DNA of 64,000 bases from Planctomycetota bacterium (GCA_965222115.1 CBDCTJ010000007.1:256001-320000); one strand, 5' to 3'. Positions 49,987 through 61,004 are shown, counted from the first letter of the stretch. Notes: a model not told the origin generated them from the letters alone. Made by a program: numbers and translations.

Positions 49987-50952
49987 CTACCGATTCCATG
50001 AGATCCGTATGGCAGTACGAGCGGCTTCTGCAGCAATATGCGCGTAGACAATGTCGCTCAGGATGCGCGACTTGTGCTCCCGCACACGCCGCGATGCCGT
50101 AGATCGATGGCAATTGACAATCTGACCGATCACTCGCGAAGTCGCACATGCGATTGTCGCCAAGAGCCCGGCGATCAGTATCGGACGCACCTCTTCATCC
50201 AGAAAATCACTGGTTGCCGCGAGAACCGCTTGCGTGGAGGCAACTGGCGTCCAAGGCGAAACACCGCGAGCGGCCCGTACTTTTCGACGCATCCATAGCA
50301 TGAGGAATTCGGGCGGAGCTGAATAGAGCTTGTCAAGATTGTCTTCGAGCACCTGCGGATACTTCAGTTGCTTTTCCACGAGACCAAATGCCTCGTCTGA
50401 AATGTTGTCTCCAAACGCCTCGACATAGCCTCTCCCCATGGGAATGTGATCCCAGGAGCCGGGAGGGCCGATTGCATCGCTTTGTGATTTCTTAAGCCAC
50501 GGCGGCAGTTTCGAGGCTGCGTAGTGTCGCGCTGTGCCGTGTGGGTATAGGACGGGATTTGTACAGAGGCCTGCCTTAACTGGATTGAAATCCACATACT
50601 TCATGCAATTCTTCCAGTATCGAAACGAATCGATTGGCTTCGCGAAGTACCTGTATTCCCAGCCTGGCCCCTTCCTTCCCAGCTTGCGGTTGACTCGGCG
50701 CGTATAGGCATTGAGGATCCGCATGAGCGGAACATGGAGTCTTCCATCCGGCGCATAGCCGATCATATGGTAGTGCGTGCTGAGCGTTGTGCAGGTGTGG
50801 ATACCGAACTCTCCGCGCCGTATTGAGCAGGCGACCAACATCGTGAAGAATCGATGATCCCACTTGTCGGCAAAGAGCACCTCACCGTGTGCTCCGCGGC
50901 CCGTGATGTGATGTAGCTGACCAGGACGGTCACTTCGAAAACGATGATTCAT
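49987..50952 (-). mobile_element. REP-associated tyrosine (Y1/HUH) transposase, RAYT-like, with C-terminal HTH
   Basis: HHITGRG...LF...D, STHYH (HUH), YTRRVNRK..R.G, RY, YVDFNPVKAG; flanked by palindromic repeats. Confidence 0.88.
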
Positions 50953-51003
50953 GTGAAGCCTCTAGACTTCACTTCGAATAACGACGCGTTAGGTCACACC
51001 TAT

Positions 51004-51148
51004 GCGCCAAGAAAACCTGGTATTTTGGGCGCACAGAACGAAACGCGCCGCAGAAACCAGGTATTTTTGGCGCATGGGAGAGGCGGGGTGGGTTGCAGAC
51101 GCCGACTAGGTGCGGCATGCGCCACAGATACCAGGTATTTTTGGCGCG
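51004..51148. repeat. Three ~30-bp REP-like imperfect palindromes
   Basis: Copies start at 51004, 51045 and 51119; same family as 49836-49980. Confidence 0.9.
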
Positions 51149-51156
51149 CTCAGAGA

Positions 51157-52323
51157 TTAGGCGAAGGCGGAGATGCCGGTGAGTTCGCGGCCGATGATGA
51201 GGGTGTGGATGTCGTGGGTGCCCTCATAGGTTTTGACGCTTTCGAGATTGCACATGTGACGCATGGTTTGGTACTCGTCGGCGACGCCGTTGGCGCCTAG
51301 CATGTCGCGGCCGATGCGCGCAATTTCGAGGGCGTGATGACAGGCGTTGCGCTTGGCGAGACTCACTTGCTGCGGCGTGACTTTGCCGGCGTCCTTTAGG
51401 CGACCGAGTTGTAGGTTGAGCAGTTGCGCCTTGGTGATCTCGTTCACCATTTCGACGAGTTTGGCTTGATAGAGCTGGAAGGACGTGAGCGGTTTACCGA
51501 ACTGTTCACGCGCGCCGCCGTAGTTGAGCACTTCGTCATAGACCGCCATGGCGGCCCCCACCACGCCCCACGCAATGCCGTAGCGTGCCTGATTGAGACA
51601 ACGTAGCGGCCCGGCGAGTCCCTTGGCACCCGGTAGCAGCGCTTCCGGCCCAAGCTTTACGTCCTGCATGATGAGCTCGCTGGTGACCGAAGCGCGCAAG
51701 CTGTGTTTGCCACGTTGTTCGGGCGCGGAGAAGCCCTCGCGATCGGTGGGCACAATGAATCCGCGGATCTCACCGTCGAGTTTGGCCCACACAATCGCAA
51801 CGTCGGCCATCGAACCATTCGTGATCCACATCTTGGCGCCACTGAGGACGTAACCGTCGCCATCTTTGACAGCTTTGGTTTCCATGCCACCGGGATCACT
51901 GCCGTGGTCGGGTTCCGTAAGTCCAAAACAACCTACAATCGTGCCCGCGTGCATACCGGGCAAGTACTTGGCCTTTTGTTCATCCGTGCCGTAACGCCAG
52001 ATGGGAAACATGACCAGCGCACCCTGCACACTTACGAAACTGCGCAATCCCGAATCCCCGCGTTCAAGTTCCTGCATCACAAGGCCATAGGCGACGCTGC
52101 TCAGACCCGGAAAATCGGGGTAGTCGAGGTTGCCACCGAGCGTGCCCAGTTCGGCGATCTCAGGAATGACTTCCTTGGGAAAGTAGCCATCGCGATAGGC
52201 CTTCTCCACCAAAGGCAGATACCGATCCGATACCCACTCACGCACAGCATCACGTACCATGCGTTCTTCTTCGCTAAGCAGCGAGTCAAGATTCATGAAG
52301 TCGGGGGATTGGAATCGCGCCAT
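51157..52323 (-). CDS. Acyl-CoA dehydrogenase (glutaryl-CoA dehydrogenase-like)
   Basis: ELERGDSGLRS, CFGLTEPDHGSDP, KMWITNG, LNQARYGIAWG, TYEGTHDIH. Confidence 0.92.
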   Translation of the reverse strand: MARFQSPDFMNLDSLLSEEERMVRDAVREWVSDRYLPLVEKAYRDGYFPKEVIPEIAELGTLGGNLDYPDFPGLSSVAYGLVMQELERGDSGLRSFVSVQGALVMFPIWRYGTDEQKAKYLPGMHAGTIVGCFGLTEPDHGSDPGGMETKAVKDGDGYVLSGAKMWITNGSMADVAIVWAKLDGEIRGFIVPTDREGFSAPEQRGKHSLRASVTSELIMQDVKLGPEALLPGAKGLAGPLRCLNQARYGIAWGVVGAAMAVYDEVLNYGGAREQFGKPLTSFQLYQAKLVEMVNEITKAQLLNLQLGRLKDAGKVTPQQVSLAKRNACHHALEIARIGRDMLGANGVADEYQTMRHMCNLESVKTYEGTHDIHTLIIGRELTGISAFA

Positions 52324-52419
52324 GGTTCACCTCGTCGCCGGTTGAAACAAGCGGCGCGAAAAGCCTACACCACTGGCTCGTTCTCGGCTCGCCTTGGCGA
52401 TGTGATTCCGACGGCCGGA

Positions 52420-52776
52420 CTATCGCCGACGTCGTCCGCGTCGATTGGGTGCAGTACCAAGCGTGGAAAGCAAGTCTTTCTGTACGAAGTGCATCTCCGT
52501 GACGCCCACGCGCACAACATCGCCATCTCGCAGTCGATAGTGCACGTTGGGTTGCGGCGGAAGGCGCTTACCGTTGAGCCGCGTCCCGTTGGTGGAGGCG
52601 AGGTCCTGCAAGTAGTAGACGCCGGCTTCCTGTGAGATCCTGAAGTGTTGGCGCGAAGTCTTGGGATCTTCCAGCAGAAAGTCGGCGTCTACATCACGTC
52701 CTACAACGCATGCCCCGGTACCGAGCGTGTGGTCGCGCCCAACGCCCACCCCGGTCTTGATGACGAGCCGTGGCAT
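52420..52776 (-). CDS. Small FHA-domain protein
   Basis: VGR, SRQH, DLASTNGT, LRDGDVVRVG. Confidence 0.9.
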   Translation of the reverse strand: MPRLVIKTGVGVGRDHTLGTGACVVGRDVDADFLLEDPKTSRQHFRISQEAGVYYLQDLASTNGTRLNGKRLPPQPNVHYRLRDGDVVRVGVTEMHFVQKDLLSTLGTAPNRRGRRRR

Positions 52777-52876
52777 GTCGTACTCCTTTTTTGCTTGGTG
52801 CTCGCGCCCTGCCCGGGGCTCCTTCGGCTCCTCCTAGCTCGAACAGTCTAGCGAAGTCGTCCGACTCCCGCTTGAG

Positions 52877-55540
52877 TCAACGCCCAGCAGCCTCCACGGC
52901 CGCCTCCCTCTGCAATTTTCGAGTCTCGCGAATGGCCTCAAGCGCCTTTCGGGCCGAATCTCGAACGCGAATGTCGAGCGACGAGAGCAACTTCTTGAGG
53001 TCCGGCACCAAATCGTCGTGACCAAGCGAGGAAGCAAGGCGAATCCCTTCCTGCACGGTCTTTGGAGTACTCATTTCAAGAAGTGTACGCGCCAAGGGAA
53101 TGAGCTCCGGACCTGGCTCTCTTATCACCATGAGCTGACTCAGTCGAATGAGCGCGGGCGCGTGGGCTGGCTGATGCTCGATCTCATATGCCAGGCAGGA
53201 CTGAAAATCTGACACGGCCAAAAGTCTCGCAACGTGGCTCGCTGGATGCAAGGTCATGAGTGCTGAGCGCCGAAGTGAAGCATCCTCACTTGTAATCAGG
53301 GACTTCATTACTTCTTTGGCGACATTTTGACGAACCAGCCGGCGCCCAATGAGATCCGCTATCCCCCGATTGAATACGCGCTTTTCAAACACCGCATCAC
53401 GTACGGCGCCTTCAAGCTGTTCCGTACTTACGTTGGGGTTGTTCGAATTCGAGATATTTTTTGTAAACTCTGGATGACTAGCAAGCCACCGTTGAGGCGG
53501 AAACAATGCGGAGTTGTTCGGCACGTGGTAAGAAATATTCGAGGTTCCCGCTTCATCAAGATGCGAGAGGATAAACTCTGCTGCGATCTTGGGCGTAATC
53601 GGCGATTCCATAACACTCAAATTGCTGCCGACTGGCCTCATTGAAATATTTAGTGCGCGCTGCAGAACGAGATATCTGGACTTCTTCGACAACTTAGACC
53701 AATGCTTCCTAGCGAGCGACAACGACTTGGGAGCGACTACAGTCGTCTTGCCGTGGGTATGGACCTGTCCATCCTGCAGTAGAATGGTCTTTACGGTTTG
53801 ATCGCCCTCCTCGATCAATGCCAGCCATTCCGCCGACAATTCATCGGCAGGAACAGCCTTGAGCGCAAGCAATAGGGGGACGTGAAGTGGATTCGCGTCA
53901 CCGTGCGTCACGTCCTTCATATACGCGCGGATTTGCGTCAGCCATTCGCGCGCGACGACTACTTCCATGTCTCGTTGGCCGATCGATCGTAGGTTGTAGA
54001 GACGAGCCCACTCCCCCAAAGTCGTGTTGCCCACTCTCCGCGCTGCACCCAATCCCGCCATGAACACCCTTACGTCTCGGGGTGCATTTAGCGTTGGTTG
54101 AAAGTAGGAGTCCCCATTCCCCAGGTCGCGATTGTGCGGCGGAATGACGAGCCTGTTCCTTGCGAAGTGACGCTTACCCGAAGCCATCCACGCAGCAAGA
54201 TCGATCGATTCGACCTCTGGAAACTTGCGCACCGCCTCCCAGAGCAGGGAATTCGCCATCTTCTGGCTCTCCTGCCGAAACACGTGCTTGAGATCATCCT
54301 TTGTTACCCCATCAACATAGCGCCGAACTACGCTTACGGTTTCCGCCAACGAGGTGTCATCCCCCGTGCGGCTACTCAATACTCGCTGGAAAGCGACGAG
54401 CACGGGCATCAAGCTGTGCGCACGCATGGACCCGACGTCTACCTCGCAGAATTTGAGTACGTCTTGCCAGGTGGACTGCAACATTTCAATCGCAGTCTTT
54501 CGCGCTAACACCGACGCCTTTGCGGAACTATCATGTGGACCCTGGGCTTTCATGATCGAGTCGACAAATTCTCGAAGGAGAGTGGCTGCGACTTCTTGGT
54601 CTTTGTCCGTTAGGTGCCGTGGCAACTGATTTGCGGCGATGCCCTTTAGATTCTCTTCGCCAGATCGGTACCAGCGCAGCATCTCTTCGCGTTGTTCACT
54701 GCTCTTGAGTTTCGCGATATGCTGAAACGCGACACTTGGCTTCCCGCCAAGCTCTAGAAACTTCCTACTCATCTCCAATGACATGTTCTTTACGAGCTGG
54801 AACGAGTTCAACGCGGGTGAACCCAGACTCTTCAGCCGCTGAAACATGGCCTCATTGCGACCAGGAGAACGCCTCAAGTAGTTCTGCACATCTAACCGCC
54901 AAGGCTGCGCGGGTACGCCAATATCTGACTCGTAAAGCTCTGCCATACCATCCACGTTCATACGACAGAGCAGGCGATACGCATGCTGACGCAACTTGAG
55001 ATCACGATGTTTAAGGAGCCTTCGAAGTGTTACGATCGATGCCTCGCCACCGACCTCAATTAGGCGATACACGCCCGCAAGTCCTTTGCCATCTGCTCTA
55101 TGAGCAAGGGCTCCGGGATCCAGAGGCGCCAAAATCGTAATCATGTCTTCCGTCGTACGTCCGCTCGCGCTTCCGGTGGACGAACGAGACACACCCTTCA
55201 AATAATGCGTCGCCCTCGTGCGCAACGCTTCCGACAATGTCGTATCGCTTACAAGCTCTCGTAACTGCGTCGCACCCTCGTCACTGCGTCCGAGCAACAC
55301 CGTACAGACAGCGAATCGAAAACGGGCTTCGCCGCGGATCTTCGTTGGTGCCGCGTCGTCGTTCATGAGCGCCAGATACGCAACGGCAGCCTCTTTGACC
55401 TTGCCCTCAATCACTTCCTGGACATAGGCTTGGTGAAAGCGCGCCGCGGCGTCGGGTTGCGCGTCTTTGGCTTCGACGAATGAATTCGAGAGTAGTACGA
55501 CAGACATGAGCGCTGCAAGAGACGTGGTTCGAATCAACAT
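52877..55540 (-). CDS. Large exported helical-repeat (TPR/HEAT-like) hypothetical protein
   Basis: 887-aa ORF, signal peptide, TPR-like N-terminus, HEAT-like C-terminus (LVPDLKKLLSSLDIRVRDSARKAL). Confidence 0.7.
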   Translation of the reverse strand: MLIRTTSLAALMSVVLLSNSFVEAKDAQPDAAARFHQAYVQEVIEGKVKEAAVAYLALMNDDAAPTKIRGEARFRFAVCTVLLGRSDEGATQLRELVSDTTLSEALRTRATHYLKGVSRSSTGSASGRTTEDMITILAPLDPGALAHRADGKGLAGVYRLIEVGGEASIVTLRRLLKHRDLKLRQHAYRLLCRMNVDGMAELYESDIGVPAQPWRLDVQNYLRRSPGRNEAMFQRLKSLGSPALNSFQLVKNMSLEMSRKFLELGGKPSVAFQHIAKLKSSEQREEMLRWYRSGEENLKGIAANQLPRHLTDKDQEVAATLLREFVDSIMKAQGPHDSSAKASVLARKTAIEMLQSTWQDVLKFCEVDVGSMRAHSLMPVLVAFQRVLSSRTGDDTSLAETVSVVRRYVDGVTKDDLKHVFRQESQKMANSLLWEAVRKFPEVESIDLAAWMASGKRHFARNRLVIPPHNRDLGNGDSYFQPTLNAPRDVRVFMAGLGAARRVGNTTLGEWARLYNLRSIGQRDMEVVVAREWLTQIRAYMKDVTHGDANPLHVPLLLALKAVPADELSAEWLALIEEGDQTVKTILLQDGQVHTHGKTTVVAPKSLSLARKHWSKLSKKSRYLVLQRALNISMRPVGSNLSVMESPITPKIAAEFILSHLDEAGTSNISYHVPNNSALFPPQRWLASHPEFTKNISNSNNPNVSTEQLEGAVRDAVFEKRVFNRGIADLIGRRLVRQNVAKEVMKSLITSEDASLRRSALMTLHPASHVARLLAVSDFQSCLAYEIEHQPAHAPALIRLSQLMVIREPGPELIPLARTLLEMSTPKTVQEGIRLASSLGHDDLVPDLKKLLSSLDIRVRDSARKALEAIRETRKLQREAAVEAAGR

Positions 55541-55640
55541 AGAAGTTCTCCAACGGTTCGAACACCAAGTGTCGCAACGACTTGACGATGGTTGTCAGCG
55601 ACCGATGAGCGCTGTGTCAGCAAGCGGTCAGCGCGAGACG

Positions 55641-56333
55641 TCATCGTTGAAACCGGTAACCCACGCCCCGCACGGAAATGAGGTGCTTGGGTTCACTCGG
55701 ATTGAGTTCGACCTTCTTGCGTAGTCCCACCATGGCTGTATCCACGACACGCGTGACTACGTTCTCGTCCTTCCATACGTGGCGCAGCAGGTCCGCCCGC
55801 GACATGGCGCGTCCTTCGTGACGGCTCATGATTCGCAACAGATCAAACTCGAGCGGCGTGAGCGTGATCGCCAAACCTTCGCGCGACGCGCGCATGGCGA
55901 CAAAGTCCACCACCAGTGTGCCAATGCGCAACGCTTGATCCTGACTGCGGCCCCGTTCACGATCCCACGCCCTTAGCCGCGCTTCTATTCGCGCTAACAA
56001 CTCGGCGAGTCCAAACGGTTTCACCATGTAGTCGTCGGCACCGAGCCCGAGTCCGCGCACGCGGTCGGCTTCAAGGCCCTTAGCCGTGAGAATAAGCACA
56101 GGCGTTTGCACATGATCGGCGCGGAGCCTTTCGAGCACGTCAAAGCCATCGAGGCCCGGCATCATGAGGTCCAGCACAATCAAATCCGGGTCGCGCGTAA
56201 GTCCCAACGCCAACCCTTGCTGCCCATCGGCGGCACATTCGACGCGATAGCCTTCCGACGTGAGCGCATCCTCCAACCCGCGGCGAATGGCGGCGTCGTC
56301 TTCAATGACCAAAATGGTGTGTGCTCGGGTCAA
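55641..56333 (-). CDS. OmpR-family response regulator
   Basis: ILVIEDD, LDLMMPGLDG, GADDYMVKPF, SVRGVGYRF. Confidence 0.95.
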   Translation of the reverse strand: MTRAHTILVIEDDAAIRRGLEDALTSEGYRVECAADGQQGLALGLTRDPDLIVLDLMMPGLDGFDVLERLRADHVQTPVLILTAKGLEADRVRGLGLGADDYMVKPFGLAELLARIEARLRAWDRERGRSQDQALRIGTLVVDFVAMRASREGLAITLTPLEFDLLRIMSRHEGRAMSRADLLRHVWKDENVVTRVVDTAMVGLRKKVELNPSEPKHLISVRGVGYRFQR

Positions 56334-58006
56334 TGCACCTCTCCCACGCTGCGCGGCAACTCAATCTCAAACTGAGCACCGCGACTGCTGGCCAATAGTC
56401 GAACGCGTCCATGCATCGCTGCTACAAGTTCCTCCACCAAGGCAAGTCCAAGACCCGACCCTCGGACGCCCGCATCCACATGGACCTTGCGTCGCTCGTA
56501 GCGTCGAAACACTCGTTCAGCATCAGTAGAGGGAATCCCCTCACCCTCATCGTCCACAAGCAACGCGACGGAATCGCCTCGATCGCTCCACGTCACGAGA
56601 ATGCGCGTTCCCGTTGCTGTGTATTTCGCCGCATTGTCGAGCAAGTTCGCAAGCACACGCGACAACACCGCGGCATCGGCCACCACGGTGCAGTCACGCG
56701 GCCCGTCTTGTGACACGTCGTCGGCACGATGGGGATAGGCCAGTCGCAGATCCGAGATAGCTCGTGAAACCGCGTCATCTACCCGCACCTCGACCAGCGA
56801 AAGCGGAGCCTGTTCGCCGTCCAGGCGCGATAGATCGAGCAAGTTGCCGAGCAACGCCGTCAATCGCGAAGACTCCTGCTGCAAGGTTGAAACATGACGC
56901 TGCCGCGTGGACGCGTCTGCTGCGTTTTTGGCCAACAAATCCGCGTAGAGCCGCACCGACGTCAACGGCGTTCGGAGATCGTGTGCAATCTCATTGATAA
57001 AACGCGTGCGCTGTTCATCCAATCGGCGACGGCGCTGAAACGACACGAGCAACAGCAGCGGAAGGACCGTCAAGGCGAGCGTAAACAGAATGCCGGGTAA
57101 CAACCACGGTCGAAACCGCGGCGAGTGCCACCATGAGCCGCCATTCGGCGTCGTAAACGATACATAACCCGCAATAGGCGTTGTAAGCACACCGTCCCAA
57201 AGCGCGCCGTTCGCTTTCACGAGTGGCGTCGGCGACCACGTAAGCGCTACAGGGCCTTCGCGATCTTTCGTCGTCGTGGCCATGGGCTGTAACTGGGTCG
57301 CATCGATACAGACGATCATCGGGCGCGCCGCTCCGGCGCTGAGCACAACCGCATCCGACAGTGGCGTGCTTCCCACGGGTGTCTCCCCCGACGAGAATGC
57401 ACGGTGCGCTTCCATTTCCGATAATGCGCGCAACAGCGACAGTACCGGCTTGAGATTTCGCTCTGTCGTTCCAGCGTGTTGCCAGCGAGTCGTCACAAAC
57501 AGCTTCGTCGATACGGCCAAGGGCGCGCGTGCAAGTCGCTCTACATTCGCGTCACGCAATAAAACGGCCAGCTCACGGGTCTCTTCATCTACGTCGCCCG
57601 CAACCACAGGCGGGGTACCGTGCTCGATACGCGCGAGCACCGTGTCGTCTTGAAGCGAGGGGAGCGTCATTCCAGTTGGCAGGCCATCGCCGAATCGCCA
57701 TGTCGCAGGCAGACTTGCCTCGGCACCGACCACAACACCTTCCATGCGTGGGTGTGAAAACGTCACTCGCTGCGTCTCGTCCTCATGCTCGCGGAGCAGA
57801 CGTTCATAGTGGTCGAGGGCGTGCGCGCGTATTGAGGCGGCCTTCCCGCCGGGCGAGAGCCATTCGCGAGCCAACCGTGTGCCGTGCTGGCGATAGTTGT
57901 TGCACTCGGCCGCATGCGTGCGATAGGCCCATACCATCAGTGCCACCAGCACCGCGGTGGGCAGCAAAATCACGGGAATCAGCAGCCACTCGACCTTACT
58001 ACGCAC
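56330..58006 (-). CDS. Sensor histidine kinase
   Basis: Two TMs, AHDLRTPL, NLLDNAAKY, DEGEG, GSGLGL. Confidence 0.95.
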   Translation of the reverse strand: MRSKVEWLLIPVILLPTAVLVALMVWAYRTHAAECNNYRQHGTRLAREWLSPGGKAASIRAHALDHYERLLREHEDETQRVTFSHPRMEGVVVGAEASLPATWRFGDGLPTGMTLPSLQDDTVLARIEHGTPPVVAGDVDEETRELAVLLRDANVERLARAPLAVSTKLFVTTRWQHAGTTERNLKPVLSLLRALSEMEAHRAFSSGETPVGSTPLSDAVVLSAGAARPMIVCIDATQLQPMATTTKDREGPVALTWSPTPLVKANGALWDGVLTTPIAGYVSFTTPNGGSWWHSPRFRPWLLPGILFTLALTVLPLLLLVSFQRRRRLDEQRTRFINEIAHDLRTPLTSVRLYADLLAKNAADASTRQRHVSTLQQESSRLTALLGNLLDLSRLDGEQAPLSLVEVRVDDAVSRAISDLRLAYPHRADDVSQDGPRDCTVVADAAVLSRVLANLLDNAAKYTATGTRILVTWSDRGDSVALLVDDEGEGIPSTDAERVFRRYERRKVHVDAGVRGSGLGLALVEELVAAMHGRVRLLASSRGAQFEIELPRSVGEVH

Positions 58007-58159
58007 GCCCCAAGGGTAGCGCGCGCGCCTTGAGGTGTGTCAGCGCTCGGTCAGGGACTCGACAATAGTCACAAACGACGCGGGGCCCGTCGGGTGTCGT
58101 AGGCTTCGGGTCGGTCGCGCGGATCTCTTCCATCTGTCGACCTGTGACGGGAGTCAATC

Positions 58160-58918
58160 ATGTGCGCAACCAATTCAAAGGGGCCTCAGTGGCATCCTGC
58201 CACCGTGAGTGAATCGATTCGCGAGACCTCAAAAGACACGACGCTGCTTCTGTCCGCAGCGCACGCATTGGACGACAAGGCGTTCTTACCGGGCAACTTC
58301 ATCCAGCTGCGCGACTCGTCCAAGAAACTCGAGTCGGGACGCAACATGTCGGCCGCCTACTCGCTTTCGGGTTGCCCGGTTACCGACGACGGTCACACAA
58401 CGTATCGCGTGACCATCCGGCGCACGGGCGAACGCGGCATGTACTTTCATGACCTTGCGGAGGGCGCAACGATCGACGTCACCAAACCTGCGGGCAAGTT
58501 CGTTCTGGACGTCTCACACGATCAACGGCTGTACTTGCTGGCGGGTGGTTCGGGCGTGGCGCCGTTTCGTTGTTTTGTCGAGTGGTTAGCGCAACAACAA
58601 GATGCTCCCAAAGCAGTACACATCTTCCACTCTGCCAAAGATGTGGATGGTCTCGTGTTTCGTCGTGAGTTCATGATATGGGCCGGCAAGCATTCGTGGC
58701 TTCATTACCACGCAACGTGTACCGGGACATCGAGCGCGCCCCTCGACGATTCCATAGAATCAGGTCGCTGGAATCAGTCTCGCGTAGCGCAGCATCTTGA
58801 CGACCCCGCTTCAGCGGTTGTTTATGCGTGTGGACCGGGCGGTCTTGTAGATAGCGCCATGACGTGGGCTAAGGCGCTTGGTGTTCCGGACGCGCAGCGT
58901 CGCCGGGAACAGTGGTAA
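58160..58918 (+). CDS. FAD/NAD(P)-binding ferredoxin-reductase-like oxidoreductase
   Basis: YSL, PAGKF, LAGGSGVAP, YACGP, C-terminal EQW. Confidence 0.88.
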   Translation: MCATNSKGPQWHPATVSESIRETSKDTTLLLSAAHALDDKAFLPGNFIQLRDSSKKLESGRNMSAAYSLSGCPVTDDGHTTYRVTIRRTGERGMYFHDLAEGATIDVTKPAGKFVLDVSHDQRLYLLAGGSGVAPFRCFVEWLAQQQDAPKAVHIFHSAKDVDGLVFRREFMIWAGKHSWLHYHATCTGTSSAPLDDSIESGRWNQSRVAQHLDDPASAVVYACGPGGLVDSAMTWAKALGVPDAQRRREQW

Positions 58919-58954
58919 CAACTCGTGTCAGTGGTCAGCGAAGAGGACCCGGAA

Positions 58955-59839
58955 ATGAATCGAACTCTACATCGCTTGAGTATGGCCGCGCTGCTGCTCG
59001 CCATTGGGCTGAGCGTGTTTGCCGTGTACCCAATGAGCTACGCGGGTGATCCGCAGGATGAGCGCCGCGAGATCCTCGGACTCATCAGTCCCCGCGCCGG
59101 TGAGACCATTTGCGACTTGGGTTGTGGCGAAGGCACGTGGACCTTTGAACTGGCTCGCGCGGTTGGCATGCATGGACGAGTGTTCGCCGTAGACATCGAC
59201 CGTCGTCGACTCGACAAGTTGCGCGTAAAGCAGGAAAAAGAAGGACTTGAGAACATCAAGGTCATCCAGTCGCAACCCGATAACCCGATGTTGCCCAAAA
59301 ACGAAATGGACGCGGTCTTCCTCAACGATGTAATCGACGTGGTGGAACGCCGGGCACTGGCCGGCTTCCTGGCCGGGATTCGCGCATCACTGAAACCCAG
59401 TGGCCGCTTGATCATTCGTGATCCCAACGGCGATCCCGCACGCGTCATTGCCGAGTGTTACCGCGCAGGCTTTAGTTTGGCGGAGGCCAAGATCCCGCTC
59501 AAGACCGCAACGTCGAAGAGCTTCGCGAATGATTGGTATGCGCTCAAACTGCGTGTTGCGGAGCGCCCGCCCCACGCGTTACTTCCGCGACTCGGGCAAC
59601 CTGCTCGCTACCGAACTCGCTTGCATCTCGCCGAGGAGCTCTTTCGCGACGGACTGTTGTCGCGCGAAGAACTTCGCGGGCGCTGGGAGGCGATCCAAAA
59701 CACGGGCGGCTCGTTTGATCCACTCGTGGATGAAGCACGCGACCTGATTCGCGCGGCGGAATCGCTCGGCGTCGTGGATTCGACGTTCGCTGACGCTATG
59801 CGAAAACGTGTCGACGAGCGGAAAACGGCGACGAAGTAG
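58955..59839 (+). CDS. Class I SAM-dependent methyltransferase with N-terminal signal/TM
   Basis: DLGCGEG, VFAVDI, LKPSGRL. Confidence 0.85.
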   Translation: MNRTLHRLSMAALLLAIGLSVFAVYPMSYAGDPQDERREILGLISPRAGETICDLGCGEGTWTFELARAVGMHGRVFAVDIDRRRLDKLRVKQEKEGLENIKVIQSQPDNPMLPKNEMDAVFLNDVIDVVERRALAGFLAGIRASLKPSGRLIIRDPNGDPARVIAECYRAGFSLAEAKIPLKTATSKSFANDWYALKLRVAERPPHALLPRLGQPARYRTRLHLAEELFRDGLLSREELRGRWEAIQNTGGSFDPLVDEARDLIRAAESLGVVDSTFADAMRKRVDERKTATK

Positions 59840-59938
59840 CGTCAAACGGGGGTCCGCAGTCGGGAGGCAGGCCTTCGAGTTGGCGCTACCCTAGGGGATC
59901 CGCGGCGCGGTCGCGCGCCCCACCATGGAGACCCTCCG

Positions 59939-60976
59939 ATGCTTTCGATTTCCCCACGTCGATTCATGAACGCACGACTTGCTCTCACAGCCCTGCTCGG
60001 AACCACGCTCACTCTTACGACCGGGTGCTTGGAAAGCATGGAGCACATTACGTTGCAACCCGATGGCTCCGGCACCGTCACGCTCACGGTCAACGTCGAC
60101 AATGCCAAGGCCCAACAGCTCAAGGAAATGATGGAAGCATTCAAGAGCATGCAGGGCCAAGGAGGCATGGGCGGCGGCATGGGCGGTATGGGCGGCGCAA
60201 TGCCCGACATGGATGGCATCAATAGCCTCATGAGCGACTTGCATCCGTCTTCGATCATTGCCAAAGTGAAGGGCAAGAAGGGGCTCAAGGTCATCGAGCA
60301 CTCGAGCAAAACTGACAAAGAAAAGGGAAAGACACACCACCGCGTGGTGATTGGTTTCGACAAGCTCCAGAGCTTCTATGGCGCGGGCATCGTTGAGAAC
60401 ATCAAGATGGCACTGAAGAAGAACGAGGATGGGTCATACACGCTCACGCGCTCGGTAGCCATGCCAGGCATGAACGAAGAGCAACTCGCCACCAAGGAAG
60501 GCAAAGAGATGCTCGAAGCCGGCAAAGGCATCACGGGCTTTGCAGGAGACGCGCTCAAGGGATTTCAGTTGTCGTTCGCCTTCGAGGCGCCGGGTAAGAT
60601 CTCCAAGACCAATGGCACGCGCGCGGAATCTGGTAATGGCGCGGGATGGGCGATTGACCTCAAATCAATGTTCGAACCCGCCAACTGGAAACAGGAAGCA
60701 ACGTTTAGCGGCACTGGCCTAAAACTTGAGCCCTTTACACTGACGGCCGAGCAGATCAAGAAGGCCGCCGACGAGGCACGCAAGGCAGCCAAGGCCGCGG
60801 CAGACGAAGCAGCTAAGGCAGCAAAGAAGGCCACCGAGGAAGCCGCGAAAGCGACCGACGAGGCCAAGAAGGCATCCGACGAAGCGGCAAAGGCAGCAGA
60901 AGACGCCAAGAAAGCAGCAAAGGAAGCCGAAGAAGCTGCGAAGAAGCTCAAGGACGCACTCGCGCCGGGTAAGTAG
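59939..60976 (+). CDS. Lipoprotein with Ala/Lys/Glu-rich coiled-coil tail
   Basis: TTGC lipobox, ITLQPDGSGT motif, AAKA repeats. Confidence 0.75.
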   Translation: MLSISPRRFMNARLALTALLGTTLTLTTGCLESMEHITLQPDGSGTVTLTVNVDNAKAQQLKEMMEAFKSMQGQGGMGGGMGGMGGAMPDMDGINSLMSDLHPSSIIAKVKGKKGLKVIEHSSKTDKEKGKTHHRVVIGFDKLQSFYGAGIVENIKMALKKNEDGSYTLTRSVAMPGMNEEQLATKEGKEMLEAGKGITGFAGDALKGFQLSFAFEAPGKISKTNGTRAESGNGAGWAIDLKSMFEPANWKQEATFSGTGLKLEPFTLTAEQIKKAADEARKAAKAAADEAAKAAKKATEEAAKATDEAKKASDEAAKAAEDAKKAAKEAEEAAKKLKDALAPGK

Positions 60977-61004
60977 CGTCCCTACGACGTAGGAGCGAAC
61001 GGCG

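Noticed and set aside
49836-51148. Palindromic repeats interpreted as mini-CRISPR arrays
   Set aside because: Unequal 11/44-nt gaps, full-length palindromes and the enclosed Y1 transposase fit REP elements.
60750-60960. Ala/Lys/Glu repeats in the lipoprotein tail, and similar low-complexity termini of the FGE protein
   Set aside because: Ordinary coding low-complexity or coiled-coil sequence.
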